The notes below the pieces were generated by a model. That model was given only the letters and a program-made list of their open reading frames with translations, did not search any database and was not told the DNA's origin. DNA of 64,000 nt from Heptranchias perlo (lineage: Eukaryota), in the NCBI RefSeq assembly GCF_035084215.1, contig NC_090340.1, forward strand, positions 4,526,001-4,590,000, written 5' to 3'. Within the stretch, counting starts at the first letter, position 1. Each line of letters opens with the position of its first letter. A program made the translations under genes and the position numbers. Below are positions 13,941 through 26,794 of the stretch, piece after piece.

Positions 13941-14255
13941 CGTGCACAACAAGTCTCGACTCAATGCCGCAATCCATCCGCCTTCCCTGGTAACTCACTC
14001 CACAGTAATAGACCCCGGAGTCCTCGACACGGGCAGATAGAAGCTGTAAGGAGAAGCTTAATTTGTTAAAGATACATTTAATTCTGCTGCTTGACCCCGA
14101 TTGAATATATTTTTCTCAAAGTCTCCACCAATGAAGAGTCACGTCTGAATTATTTTCGAAAGATGGTAATGTGAAATTAAAAGCAACGTTTGCACCAGCG
14201 ATCATATTCGTACATTCAGGGGTTTAGGATACTTTGGAGAGAGCATCAGCAACAA
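13941..14255 (-). pseudogene. Pseudogene 1 V-set (VJ-like) exon
   Basis: ag|..VADALSKVS*TPECTNMIAGANVAFNFTLPSFENNSDVTLHWWRL*EKYIQSGSSSRIKCIFNKLSFSLQLLSARVEDSGVYYCGVSYQGRRMDCGIESRLVVH|gtgagt. Stops at 14224-26 and 14116-18; the B-strand Cys is replaced by Phe. Confidence 0.92.
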
Positions 14256-14334
14256 CTTTCAGGGAAAAAAAAATATTAATACCAGCGGCAGAAATGGTGA
14301 AGCACGGAAAATGAAAGAAAATAAACAAATATAC

Positions 14335-14389
14335 CAGTATGGATGATCCACAGCAACGGCGCGCACTGAAACACATCTGTCAGCAACAT
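14335..14389 (-). pseudogene. Pseudogene 1 leader exon
   Basis: MLLTDVFQCAPLLWIIHT+G|gtatat; 55 nt and phase 1, the same length and phase as the intact leader (..SVLWIICA+G). Confidence 0.8.
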
Positions 14390-15484
14390 GTCCAACAATG
14401 TAAGATGACCGCTTAGAGGGAAAACGTGTTGGAAACTTTGCAAGTATAAAAACGACAGTACCAGCTGTTAGCTGAATGTCATAAGCGCAGTCATTTCCGT
14501 TGCACCTGCAGATGGCGTCGAATTCAAAGCATAAATTGGAGCCACGTCTTAAAACAGCTGTTTTGCTTAATTAGCTAAGCAAAAACATTGGCCGTCTCCC
14601 ACAAGTATAATGAAGCAGCGGTACAGAATGGACATCAGGTATCAAACTAACCTCATTATCAATTGAAGGTTATTAACAACAAACATAACAATAGGCGATG
14701 ACAATGACAAACCGTCGCCTTCTATTGTGCCACTTAGGTGCCTATGCTTTTCACTGAACATTGCATTTATTTTGATATGTGCAACAGAGTTCACTGCGTG
14801 TCATCAGCCTCCATTCTACCAAAGATTACATGGAAACCGAACTTTTTTTTTGCCAGTAGCCTCAATCTCTGTCCGTTCGATGACTGATCTGATAATATTG
14901 ACGTTTGTTGTAACGTCTACGAACTGAAATTCTGTGGCACTGGCACCGATGTACCGCCGAGACCAGGATAGTGGTCTCCCCGGCGGAATCTCTAGGTCTG
15001 TAAGAATTATTTCCCTCTCTCTCGCCTGGGAACTCTGCCAACCACTTGAAGCATTCTCCACGGGAGTATTGATAACAGGTAAAAACATGCCATGCTTTGG
15101 AACCTGCTCAACGCCAGCCGTAGATAACTAACGACCATACCGAATTATCTAAAACTCTCTGACCAAGGAAGATGTTGTCGCTTCCTCACATAGAATACGT
15201 GCTGGAAAAGCATAGTTCAGGAAGTGCGCTACTATGGAGCTGGTGAAAGCTGTCCGAGATCACCAACCTACAATAGTAAATTCAACGGCCGAGACAACTG
15301 CTGTGGGTCGCCAACCCCTTGTGTGCAAGGGTTAAACGCAATGTTCCCGTGCGGATATGCTGCAAAAGTGGTACACAAGGAATGGCCAAATCTGTTCCTA
15401 TTAATGGAGATGCGCCCTGATTAAGTCAACCTTTGATCAGAAGCGCTTTTGCCATGGTTCACAAATATACGTCATCTGAATCAT

Positions 15485-16053
15485 CATAGAAAATTTACGG
15501 CACAGAAGGAGGCCATTCGGCCCATCGTGTCCGCGCCGGCCAAAAATGAGCCACCCAGCCGAATCCCACATTCCAAAAACTTGGTCCGTAGCCTTGTAGG
15601 TCACGGCATTTCAAGTGCACATCCAGATACTTTTTAAATGAGTTGAGGGTTTCCGCCATTAAAACCCTTTCCGGCAGTGAGTTCACTCTGGGTGAAAAAA
15701 TCTACCCACAGCTCCACTCTAATCCTTCTACCAATCATTTGAAATCAATGCCCCCTGGTTAATTACGTCTCTGCTATGGGAAATAGGTCCCTCCTATCCA
15801 CTCTATAGAGCTCCCTCGTAATTTTGTACTCCTCAATCAAATCATCCCTCTTTTCCAAAGAGAACAATCCCAGCCGATCCAATTTTCCCTCATAGTTAAA
15901 ATTCTCCAGTCCTGGCCACATCCTCGTAAATCTCCTCTGTACCCTCTCTAGTGCAATTACATCCTTCCTGTAATGTGGTGACTAGAATTCTACACAGTAC
16001 TCAAGCTGTGCCCTAACCAGTGTTTTACACAATTCGAGCATAACCTCCCAGCT
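15485..16053 (-). mobile_element. CR1 LINE 3' fragment (HER1-like tail)
   Basis: NSLPERVLMAETLNSFKKYLDVHLK plus a reverse tail atagaaaatttacggcacagaaggaggccattcggccc. Confidence 0.85.
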
Positions 16054-17409
16054 CTGTCCAAAAAAATCGGTTTCTCATTTTACAAAATTGACAATAAAGA
16101 ACCACAGTTCAAAAATACAACCAATCAGATAGTGGCAAAAAAATAATTTCAGTCGCCAAGAGAGTGACTCCATTCCCCAACCCGCCCCCAAACCTCAATC
16201 CAATCGTTCTCCCTGCCTCGACCTGTGGCTCGAAGCCCCGATCCTTCGAGGTTCAGGCCTTTCTTTTCGCTCCGCACCGTTTTATTCCCTGTTTGCTACG
16301 TCACCGGTTCCTCAGGTTTCCAAGCCAAGGCATCGGTCTCCAGTCTACCTCCATGCCTAGACTCTAGTTTCAGGTTTCCTGCTACCTCTCAGTTCGAATT
16401 CCAGATTCCCCAAGGGTATTTTCAATCTTCAACTTTTAATTCTGCTGCAGATAGGCGGGTCCCGCCCCTCTCCCACGGAGAAACGGACATACATGGCAGA
16501 TGATGGGGGGTGGCGGAGATCGGGACCATATCCGATTGACTTTAAGACCCAGCTCTCTATCGGCCCGTTTACAAAATGGAGTAAGCAATGACCAATGAGT
16601 TCAATCTTTTCCACTATTCGCGGGACCTGATCGAATCCGAAACACTTAAAAAGGGGAAATGATTCTTCTTAGTGATCAAGAAATTGTGATTTACTACATC
16701 ACACAAATTATGAATGCCTGGAAATCTTTGGTCAAGATCAGCCTGAATTGCGTAACCCGGCTAAAAGTGCCTTCGGTTTCTTGTGGTCTTAATTGGCAGC
16801 CCATACCTATACTGAAAGCTTGCCTTCGAAAGTTTTACGGTTCAAGGGAGATAAATTAGTTCAAATGGTTAGAATGTCAGCAGATATTATTTATGGTTAA
16901 ATACTTAGATACTAAAGACAACAAAATGAAACCTGCGTTCATACATTGAAGGATACTGCTGTTTTGAAACAATGCTCCTAAGCTTGGAAAATAAAATTAA
17001 TTGTGTTTTTTTTCTACAGACTTTGAGGGTGTTTTAGTTGCAGCTAAATTTTAAAAGAGCAACGTGCATGACGACACGCATTAGGCTGTGGTTACAATCT
17101 CGTTAGATTTCCTCAAGATGTGAAATTGCCGCACATAACCACTCAGGTTGGGAAAACGATGGACCGCAATGGAAAAAAAATGCAGAGAAGTCTTCCCATT
17201 TAGGGACAGTATGATTGACGTAATCTGGAATTTCATTTAACCCCAACACCTGGAGCATGTGCAGGTATGTCCGCTGATGACGAATTACTCACGTCGTGCA
17301 AGCCACATTATTAACTAGAGAATTACAGGTGGAGCGGCCCTCAGTAACATGCTATCACAGTGAATCTTCCGCCATGTAACCCATATATAAATTGAACATT
17401 TTAATTACT

Positions 17410-17479
17410 GTTTAAGTACTGAATATGCCCTTCTCCTTGAACAGTTTAAGTACTGAATATGCCCTTCTCCTTGAACAGT
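17410..17479. repeat. Perfect 34-bp tandem duplication
   Basis: gtttaagtactgaatatgcccttctccttgaaca x2 (17410-17443, 17444-17477). Confidence 0.95.
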
Positions 17480-17674
17480 GAGATTTTAGTATACATCAGG
17501 TACTGTGATCATTAAAAAAGGAGGATGAAATGGATCAATAGAAGTTTCACTTAAGCCTCAGATAACTCTGTCTCTCAGACGAGTGTTTAGGAAATCTTAG
17601 GTGTAACCATATCAGTGTAATGTTAGTTGGCTCTGGATATCGCGTTGCCTCATAAAATGTTTTGGGTCATTAAA

Positions 17675-20178
17675 TACCTCCCTTCCTCAGCTTATGAATC
17701 AGTCCTCCTCCATGTTGACACGACTTGGAGGGAGCACTGAGGGTAGCCAGGGCACAGGATGTACTCTGGGTGGAGGACTTCAATGTCCATCACTAAGAAT
17801 GGCTCGGTAGCACCACGACTGACTGAGCTGGCCGAGTCCTGAAGGGCATAGCTGCCAGACTGGGCCTTCGGTAGGTGGTGAGCGAACCAACTCGAGGGAA
17901 AACCCTACTTGAACTTGTCCTCACCAATCAACCTGTCGCAGATGCATCTGTCCATGACAGTATTGGTAGGAGTGACCACCGCACAGTCCTCGTGGAGACG
18001 AAGTCCCGTCTTCGCACTGTGGATACCATCCAATGTGTTGTGTGGCACTATTACCGTGCTAAATGGAATAGATTGAGAACAGATTTGGCAGCTCAAAACT
18101 GGAAATCCATGAGGCACTGTGGGCCATCAGCAGCAGCAGAATTGTATTGCAGCACAATCTATAACCTCAAGGCTCGTCATATTCCTTTCTACACCATTAC
18201 CAACAAGCCAGGGGATCAACCCTGGTTCAATGAGGATTGCAGAAGAGCATGCCAGAAGCAGCATCAGGCGTACCAAAAAATGAGGTCCCAAACTGGTCAA
18301 GCAACAATTCAAGACTGCATGCATGCTAAACAGCGGAAGCAACATGCTATAGAGAGAGCTAAGCGATCTCACAGCCAACGGATCAGATCAAAGCTCTGCA
18401 GTTCTGCCACATCCAGTCGTGAATGGTAGTGGACAATTTAACAACTAACGGGAGGAGGAGGCTGTGTAAGCATTCCCAACCTCAATGATGGCGGACTCCA
18501 GCACGTAAGTGCAAAAGACAAGGCTGAATCATTTGTAACCATCTTCATCCAAAAGTTTCGAGTGGATGATACATCTCAACCTCTGACCGATATCCACACG
18601 ATCACAGAAGCCAGTCTTCAGCCAATTAGATTCACTCCACGTGATATCAAGGAACGGCTGAATGCAATGAATACAGCAAAAGCTATGCCCCCCGCCCCAA
18701 CATCCCGGCTGTAGTGCTGAATATTTGTGCTCCGGAACTAGCCGCGCCTCTAGCCAAACTCTTCCAGTACTGCTACAATACTGGCATCTACCGAGAATGT
18801 GGAAAATTGTCCAGGTATGTCCTGTCCAGATAAAGCAGGACAAATCCAATCCGGCCAATTACTGCCCCATCAGTCTAATCTGAATCATCAGCAAAGTGAT
18901 GGAAGGTGTCGTCGACAGTGCTATCAAGCGGCACTTACTCACCAATAACCTGCTCATCGATATTCCGTTTGGGTTCCGCCACGATACCTCGGCTCCAGAC
19001 CTCATTACAACCTTGGTGCAAACATGGGCAAAAGAGCTAAATTCCAGAGGTGAGGTGAGAGTGACTGCCCTTGACATCAATGTAGCATTTGACCGAGTGT
19101 GGCACCAAGGAAAACTGGTAAATTTGAAGTCAATGGGAATCAGCGGTAAAACTCCCCAGTGGGTGGAGTCATACCTAGCACAAATGAAGATGTTAGTGGT
19201 TGATGGAGGCCAATCATCTCAGCCCCAGGACATTGCTGCAGGAGTTCCGCAGGTCAGTGTCCTGGGACCAACCATCTTCAGCTGCTTCATCAATGACCTT
19301 CCCTTCATCATAAGGTCAGAACTGAGGTTGTTCGCTGATGATTTCACTGTGTTCAGTTCCATTCACAAGCACTCAGATAATGAAATGGTCTATGCCCGCA
19401 AGCGGCAAGACCGGGACATTATCCAGGTCTGGCTGATAAGCAGCAAATAACATTCGCGCCAGACAAGTGCCAGGCAATGACCATCTCTAACAAGAGAGTG
19501 TGTCACCACCTCCCCTTGCCTTTCAACGGCATTACCTCTGCAGCGAGTGACTCAACTCCTGACTCTCCAAAACCTTTCCACCATCAAAAAGGCACAAGTC
19601 AGGAGTGTGATGGAATACTCTCCACTTGCCTGGATGAGTGCAGCTCCAACAACACTCAAGAAGCTCGACACCATCCAGGAGAGAGCAGCCCACTTGCATG
19701 GCACCCCATCCACCACACTAAACATTCACTCCCTTCACGACCGGTGCACTATGCCTGCAGTGTGTATCATCCATCCCAGCCACCACCCTAAACATTCACT
19801 CCCTTCACCACCGGTGCACTATGGCTGCAGTGTGTACCATCCACAGGATGCACTGCAACAACTCGATAGCACCTCCCAAACCCGCGACCTCTACCACCTA
19901 GAAGGATAAGGGCAGCAGGCACATGGGAACAACACCTCCTGCACGTTCCCTCCAAGTCACACACCATCCCGACTTGGAAATATATCGCCGTTCCTTCATC
20001 GTTGCTGGGTCAAAGTCCTGGAACTCCCTTCTTAACAGCACTGTGGGAGAACCGTCACCACACGGACTGCAGCGCTTCAAGGAGGCGGCTCCCCACCACC
20101 TTCTCAATGGCAAATAGGGATGGGCAATATATGCTCGCCTAGCCAGCGATGCCCACATCCCATGAAAGGATAAAAACA
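17675..20178 (+). mobile_element. CR1-group LINE family A, near-complete ORF2 remnant with 3' tail
   Basis: APE (SDHR), PGDQPWFN, RT (ALDI..AFD, GVPQVSVLGP, LFADD), VMEYSPLAW; tail gggatgggcaatatatgctcgcctagccagcgatgcccacatcccatga. Internal deletion near 19535 and a 70-bp tandem duplication at 19705-19844. Confidence 0.93.
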
Positions 20179-23100
20179 ATGTTTTGTTTGCTTTTGTATC
20201 TGTAGTCCTCACAAAATGAGAACTTGATGATTAGCTGTTACATTATATTAAAGTTCTGAGACATTTTCATTCCCCATTTTGCATTGGCCCTGATCAGAGC
20301 TTGGGTAGGAAGTATCCCAGAACTCGGTGCATTGGGGGGCAATTTCCGCGGGGTTCTCCTGGTATCCCACTGTAGCTACGGCGTAAGATAAGCGGAGAAA
20401 CAAGAATGTGTTAACGGCCGGTTCAAGGCCGCCGGAGAGCTGGCGCCGGAAATTCCAGGACAATGCGTGTGGTAAAGTTAAGATTACCCAACAACTGTGC
20501 ACGCTTAGGCTCATGTTCCATATTTATCTGAAATTTAAAGTCGCATTTACATGCACAGTCACTACTTGAATACTCATGCGACGTACATGTACCTGCAAAA
20601 AAAAAACACCTTTAAAATTGAGCAGAACCCACAATGTTTCTTTCTTCACGTTGGGTTTTTCTTTCTCTCACCGAACCAGGCACAATGCCAGCGCGGTTTT
20701 AAAATAAGTACATAGCCATAGTGAGAGTCGTTTTTTCACTGCGCCTCAGAAGTAGTTTATCTTATTCGCAGGATGAAGGTAACAGAACTGAAATCGTGGT
20801 CATATGTACCTGGAAGACTCGTTGCAGACCAAAGATGGTCCCGGTGAGTGGTACTTGAAATTTATCCAAGTGGTACGAATGAAAACAGAGAAGATCATTT
20901 GATGCAAGAGATTTCATTTTCTATTATGTCACTGGTGCAATGACATATCTTGATCTTCTTGACAAAAGCAGGACATATATATGTAAAGCAAATAACAAAG
21001 GACCATTTAATAAACATAATGGACATGTTTCCTCTCTGTAAAAATAAAGATTGCTGACGTAATCTATTGCTATAAACCAATTTTAGCTGAGAGAAATATG
21101 TTTCCTTAACATAGTATTGAAGAACAATATTCATAGGAGTTCTGCAGTGTAACAATTACAGTGCAAAATTAGTGAGTGCAGCTATGAATTGGGGAAAATG
21201 AGATTGTAGAATTAACTTCTTCCAGAGGTATATTTGTTGCTTTTGCATTGAGCCATGTTGCGTGTCTCTTATGTTGCAATCTTGTGGGCGCAAACCAAAG
21301 ATTTGCGGCTGAAATAAGCCGTCCACTTGGTTCTTATCATGAGACAACAGTGCACTTCTCACATCTATTGGGAATCCTGGCACTTTGAACCGCTTTCTCC
21401 GGTTGCGAGGGAATATATCCCGGTAGTGTCACAGGGCCTGATGCTGTCAAGAAACAAAATAACAGGCAAGGAAATAACAAGACAAAAATCCTTTATAAAT
21501 TCTACTGTCAACCCAGCAATCCCTCTGGAACGGACATTCAGTCTGCAAGCTCCAAAGTAAAACACTTCGGCTGGTAGCAACAGATGCTGGCAACGTGTGT
21601 GGCTTTTCTTTTTTAACCCGGTGTAAATGCCTTGTGGCCCTGAAATTCCTCTAGTCTTTTTCACGATCTCCGGCTGTATCTTCAGCGGAAGTAGGGAGAC
21701 ACCCGCAGAGAAATGGCCTATCAACCTTCAGCCGTCTAAGCCGTTTATTTTCTGGGCTTCGCTGATTTCCCTCTGAACTTAGGGCAAGAGATTGGAGAAT
21801 CATTATGAAATGTCCACACTATTTCGAGAAATTGAAGTTAAAGTCATATGGAAGAAGATGTTTTTAATACTTTGGAGCAAAATACAGTGTACCTGGCAGC
21901 ATCATTACAGACTATACAGTGATGCAAATTACCCCTACTCAGAATTCCATTGCCTAGTTTTCTGGTTTATTGAAATTGGCTTGCATGTTGTTGTCGTGAG
22001 ACTGCAGGCAGCGCAGAAAATCCACTCCTTAGCGCAGGAGGTTTTAGAAAAGTATTTGAAGAAAGCCCCAACCTTATCCCTACTTTCTTCCACAATTCCG
22101 GCCGCTCACACGGCATCCCACCAGATTTTCCATTCTATATATAACGGGCGGTGGATTCGATACCGCCAGTTTTATGCCCCCACCGAATTTGAAGGTTCAG
22201 CCCATTCTGAGAGTCGTTTGGATTTATATTTCCGCTAAAAGTTGGAGGCGTAGATTGTGCGTGTGCGTCCCGGAGTGCGTTTTGTCTGTGATTGTGTGTG
22301 TTGGTACTTTAGGACAAATATATTGAATAATAGAAGCAGCATCCCAGTTAAAACAGTGACACATGTCAATCAATAAGGCACATTTTAGTGCCTCATCACG
22401 ACAAACGTGCCAAAGAGCTTCACGGTATTATTTATTTGGCAGCAACTGTAGTTATGCACGAAAACATCAATGCTTGAGGGTTTCCCCGCGAAGTTTTCAC
22501 ATTTCTGTCACGGTTCTGCTGGAAATGTTCCGCGTGTATTCTCCAAAGAGTAGGAACGTTTCTCACCATGTAATACCCGAGCAATTGTATTGAAGAAATT
22601 GACAGAAATCTGGACTTTCATGTCCTCAAAGCACTTGAATTTGGGAAATACAAAAACAGACAGATAAGATCACTTTCAAACAGAACATTCTCATTTTGAG
22701 CTCAATGAATTAACTAATCATTAGAATGCTAAATGTTGCTAGAAAAGCTGCAAGACAATTCGATGGAAACTGCACGTGGTACTGGTGAGCGTTGAAAATG
22801 TACCGCTTTCATCTAAATGTAGCCGATTCGTAGCTAAAACTGTAGAGGTGAGCAGCTATTAAAATTAGTATCTTAAATTTGGAGAGGTAAGAGTTTCGCT
22901 TTCCGGTCCAGGAATTAAATCCTCGTTGTGGCGAAACGTTTAATCTGATATGTTGAACAATAGTCTAAAAATGCTCCAAAACTGATATAGTGCTCACCAA
23001 CAATAACTTTTAATTTATTATTTTCATTTTACTAGGGGAAACATTTTGGAGAATGAATTCAAGCAATAATAAGAAAAGTAGTTCACGGGGCTTTCATAGA

Positions 23101-24897
23101 AAGTAAATGATTCCCCTAATGTTCCGTTTTAGTGTCTGTGTGGAACTCAGATGAGGGTGGCATCTAACAGCAAATCTGTAAATTTACCTGCATTACTAAC
23201 AATTCTTGAGACTAGACGAGTCCTGCTACACGACATTGCTGCTAATTGGTAACGTTATATTAATCTATTCAGACTTTTTGAAATGTTGGTACACACATTC
23301 TGGAGTTTTACTGGATTCGTTTTTAACAGGGATCATCGTCTCAGTGCCTTTTTCCTGAGACAATAAACGGGTTGTGCAGTAATAATATTAAACGTGGATT
23401 AAAGATGATTCATTTCGTTCATGTAATATTCAGGGTTACTTCTTTAATCAATTCAATGTAATCATTTTTTTGTATATTTTCGAAACATCACCACTAAATC
23501 AGACAAACATGTTCACCTGAATCAAATAGTACATTTATTATCTGTGAAAATGTGAATATACACATATGTTACAGTTATCTATCTTAAATCGTAATAAAAC
23601 GAAATCACCTAATTTGAAGCGACTAAATTGTTCTTACTGCAATAAAACTTCTATTTCCAGATTGCATGTTTAGGAATCAACAATGTCAGAAAAATACTTA
23701 CAGCCAATACAATGCTGCGAATTAAGCACGTTTTTAAAATACTTTTGACAATATGACAGGATCAAACATCCCCAGTGAGGTACACTTGCATTTTATCTTG
23801 TGATCTGACTTATAATAACAGAAATTATAACGTAAATGTCTGAGGCAGAGAGAGAAATATTAGAGGGAGAGATCAAAAGAGATAGCCATATATTTATCAA
23901 AAATGATCAACACGATAGATGATTGCCAAAACATTTAGAAACTAATTGTCATTTTGTTTTCCGCAGTCCAATTCACTCTCTCCTGCCATATCACACGTCG
24001 TATTAAACGCGTTCTCTTTACATTTACCAAAGAGGTACATTATTAAGTGCATGATATTTGATACGTAAAACTATTAATTATTTGTGTAACTTTAAACAAT
24101 AGTTGATAGCACATTCAAATTTAACAGTTTCGCGGCAAAATGAAATGGTACCAGCCTTTCCCAGCAAGAGATAGTTGACATTGTATTGTGAAATCAACCT
24201 TTTTAAATTAATAAAGCACGAACTATTTTTGTATTCCGCAACATTGAAGAGCATTGGCAATCGGAATGGCGAAATGTAAAGTGTAGCTGTAGAAGTTAAT
24301 GGACATTAGTAAGTGTTACTAAAATTGGTATGTACTGCAATTAATTGTAGCCATATTATACCCATTCTCTCCATGTTTATATAGTGCATAATGTGTTGCA
24401 ATCGATTCTCAAACGCTTACAATCGATATGTATGAAGTTAAGTTGCAGAGCTCAAACTTAGGATCTTCAGTATCACATTCTCCATAACACGTTATATAAA
24501 TAAGCTTTCGTTATAAATATCCAAAATTTTGAGTCAAACACACGGTATTCATATCCAGATAGAGAACGGTTTTGTGCTTTGGGAAATATGAGCAATGTTT
24601 TGAAAAATCTATTAGTTTAACGTGATTAAGAATGTACATTTTTTTCAGAGATATCCTGTTTAGTACCTTTGAAAAACGCATTGAAATATGCCCATTCATA
24701 AAAAAACAGAGCTGCTTCCAGAATCTGCAATTTTGTGCAATATTTCAATTCTATATGCAGAAGAAAGGATAGATATCTGTTCGTACTAAATGTAATTTTT
24801 AGATTGTGGATATTGAGTTAATGGTGATTGGCATCTGTGAATAGTGAACAGCAGTGTTGGACCAATTGGATAGCTCTTCCTTAGAGCCTGCGCAGGG

Positions 24898-26089
24898 ATA
24901 AGAACATAAGAACATAAGAACATAAGAAATTGGAGCAGGAGTAGGCCAATCGGCCCCTCGAGCCTGCTCCGCCATTCAATAAGATCATGGCTGATCTGAT
25001 CCCAACCACAAATCTAAAGAACACAAGAAGTCGGAGCAGGACCCGGCCACATAGCCCCTGGGCCCTCTCCGCCACCCACAGGGCATTGACCGATCCGAAC
25101 TCAGCTTCATGTCCAATTTCCTGCCCGCTCCCCATAACCCCTAATTCCCTTTACTTCTAGGAAACTGTCTATTTCTGTTTTAAATTTATCTAATGATGTA
25201 GCTTCCACAGCTTCCTGGGGCAGCAAATTCCACAGACCTACCACCCTCTGAGTGAAGAAGTTTCTCCTCATCTCAGTTTTGAAAGAGCAGCCCCTTATTC
25301 TAAGATTATGCCCCCTAGTTCTAGTTTCACCCATCTTTGGGAACATCCTTACTGCATCCACCCGATCAAGACCCTTCACAATCTTATATGTTTCAATAAG
25401 ATCGCCTCTCATTCTTCTGAACTCCAATGAGTAGAGTCCCAATCTACTCAACCTCTCCTCATATGTCCGCCCCCTCATCCCCGGGATTAACCGAGTGAAC
25501 CTTCTTTGTACTGCCTCGAGAGCAAGTATGTCTTTTCTTAAGTATGGAGACCAAAACTGTATGCAGTATTCCAGGTGCGGTCTCACCAATACCTTATATA
25601 ACTGCAGCAATACCTCCTTGTTTTTATATTCTATCCCCCGAGCAATAAAAGCCAACATTCCGTTGGCTTTCTTGATCACCTGCTGCACCTGCATACCAAC
25701 TTTTTGATTTTCTTGCACGAGGACCCCCAGATCTCTTTGTACTGAAGTACTTTCCAGTCTCTCGCCATTAAGAAAATAACTTGCTCTCTGATTTTTCCTG
25801 CCAAAGTGCATAACCTCACATTTTCCAATATTATATTGCATCTGCCAAATCTCCGCCCACTCACCCAGCCTGTCTATATCCCCTTGCAGGTTTTTTATGT
25901 CCTCCTCACTCTCTACTTTCCCTCCCATCTTTGTATCATCTGCAAATTTTGATATGTTGCACTCGGTCCCCTCCTCCAAATCGTTAATATAGATTGTAAA
26001 GAGTTGGGGACCCAGCACCGACCCCTGTGGAACACCACTGGTTACTGGTTGCCAGTCCGAAAATGAACCATTTATCCCAACTCTCTGCT
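24898..26089 (-). mobile_element. Young CR1 LINE, 5'-truncated, RT C-terminal ORF uninterrupted
   Basis: Open ORF from [27 protein letters not shown] through KFADD to GIRGYGERAGNWT*; (ataagaac)n tail; inserted into an older CR1 3' tail (24760-24897 / 26105-26160). Confidence 0.95.
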
Positions 26090-26794
26090 CCATTGGATCC
26101 ATCATTGGATGATGGATCCAATGGTCTCCTTCTGTGCTGTATGATTCTACAATTCTATGATATTCCAGTTGACTCAAGGGTGATTGTTCGGCGTCAAGTG
26201 GTGTAATTTGTCTTATTGGCAATGATATTTTATTCAGCACCAAACCTTCTAAGTTTGTGAATCATGAAGATGTTCGATATGCAAAGATTGCACAGTAACT
26301 TTATTTTAGCCTCAACATCAAGTTTTAATTTATTACATTGCCTATTCTTCAGTCTTTGATTGATTGCAGAACTAGTCATTCGTAACTTGTCTAGGTTCAG
26401 ATGAAACATTGGTTATAGTGGTGAATGTAAGTTCATTTTTAAAGCCTGCTGTACCACCCAGTCTTCTATCCACCCGGAGGTTTGCAAAGTAAGATTAATC
26501 CATTGTATCTCCTGGCGAGTGAAAGACATCAGAAGTCTTTTTTGATCTTTTCTGAATAAAAGTTTGGAAAGGTTTAAAACTCCATTGGAAATTATTAGAT
26601 TTATAAAGTAAGTGTTAAATTTAGGTATAGAATCGATTGTAATCTTTAGCATTCTTCTATGTTATATTCCTTCGACATGAAAGAGCATCAACTTCAACTC
26701 TTGTCATGTTTTTATTTATACAGTATAAATAAATTGTGTCACTGTTCACATTAAAATAAAAGGGGCTTGTGGCCTCGTTCCAATGGGCGTTGCC

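Larger units (their letters stand above)
9560..14389 (-). pseudogene. Pseudogene 1 of a leader-V-C1-TM Ig-superfamily receptor (TM with Lys)
   Basis: Four ordered minus-strand exons homologous to the gene at 45918: leader 14389-14335, V 14255-13941, C1 13235-~12916, TM 9667-9560. Inactivated by stops and frameshifts. Confidence 0.88.

Noticed and set aside
17356-17362. CACAGTG heptamer as a V(D)J recombination signal
   Set aside because: No ACAAAAACC-like nonamer at 12 or 23 nt and not adjacent to any V or J segment; other scattered heptamers are likewise isolated.
21792-22238. 148-aa plus-strand ORF
   Set aside because: No domain signature; it runs into a MITE-like GC-rich patch.
25107-26243. 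378-aa ORF as a host gene or complete reverse transcriptase
   Set aside because: It is a 5'-truncated CR1 ORF2; the N-terminal ~50 aa are fortuitous read-through of flanking DNA.
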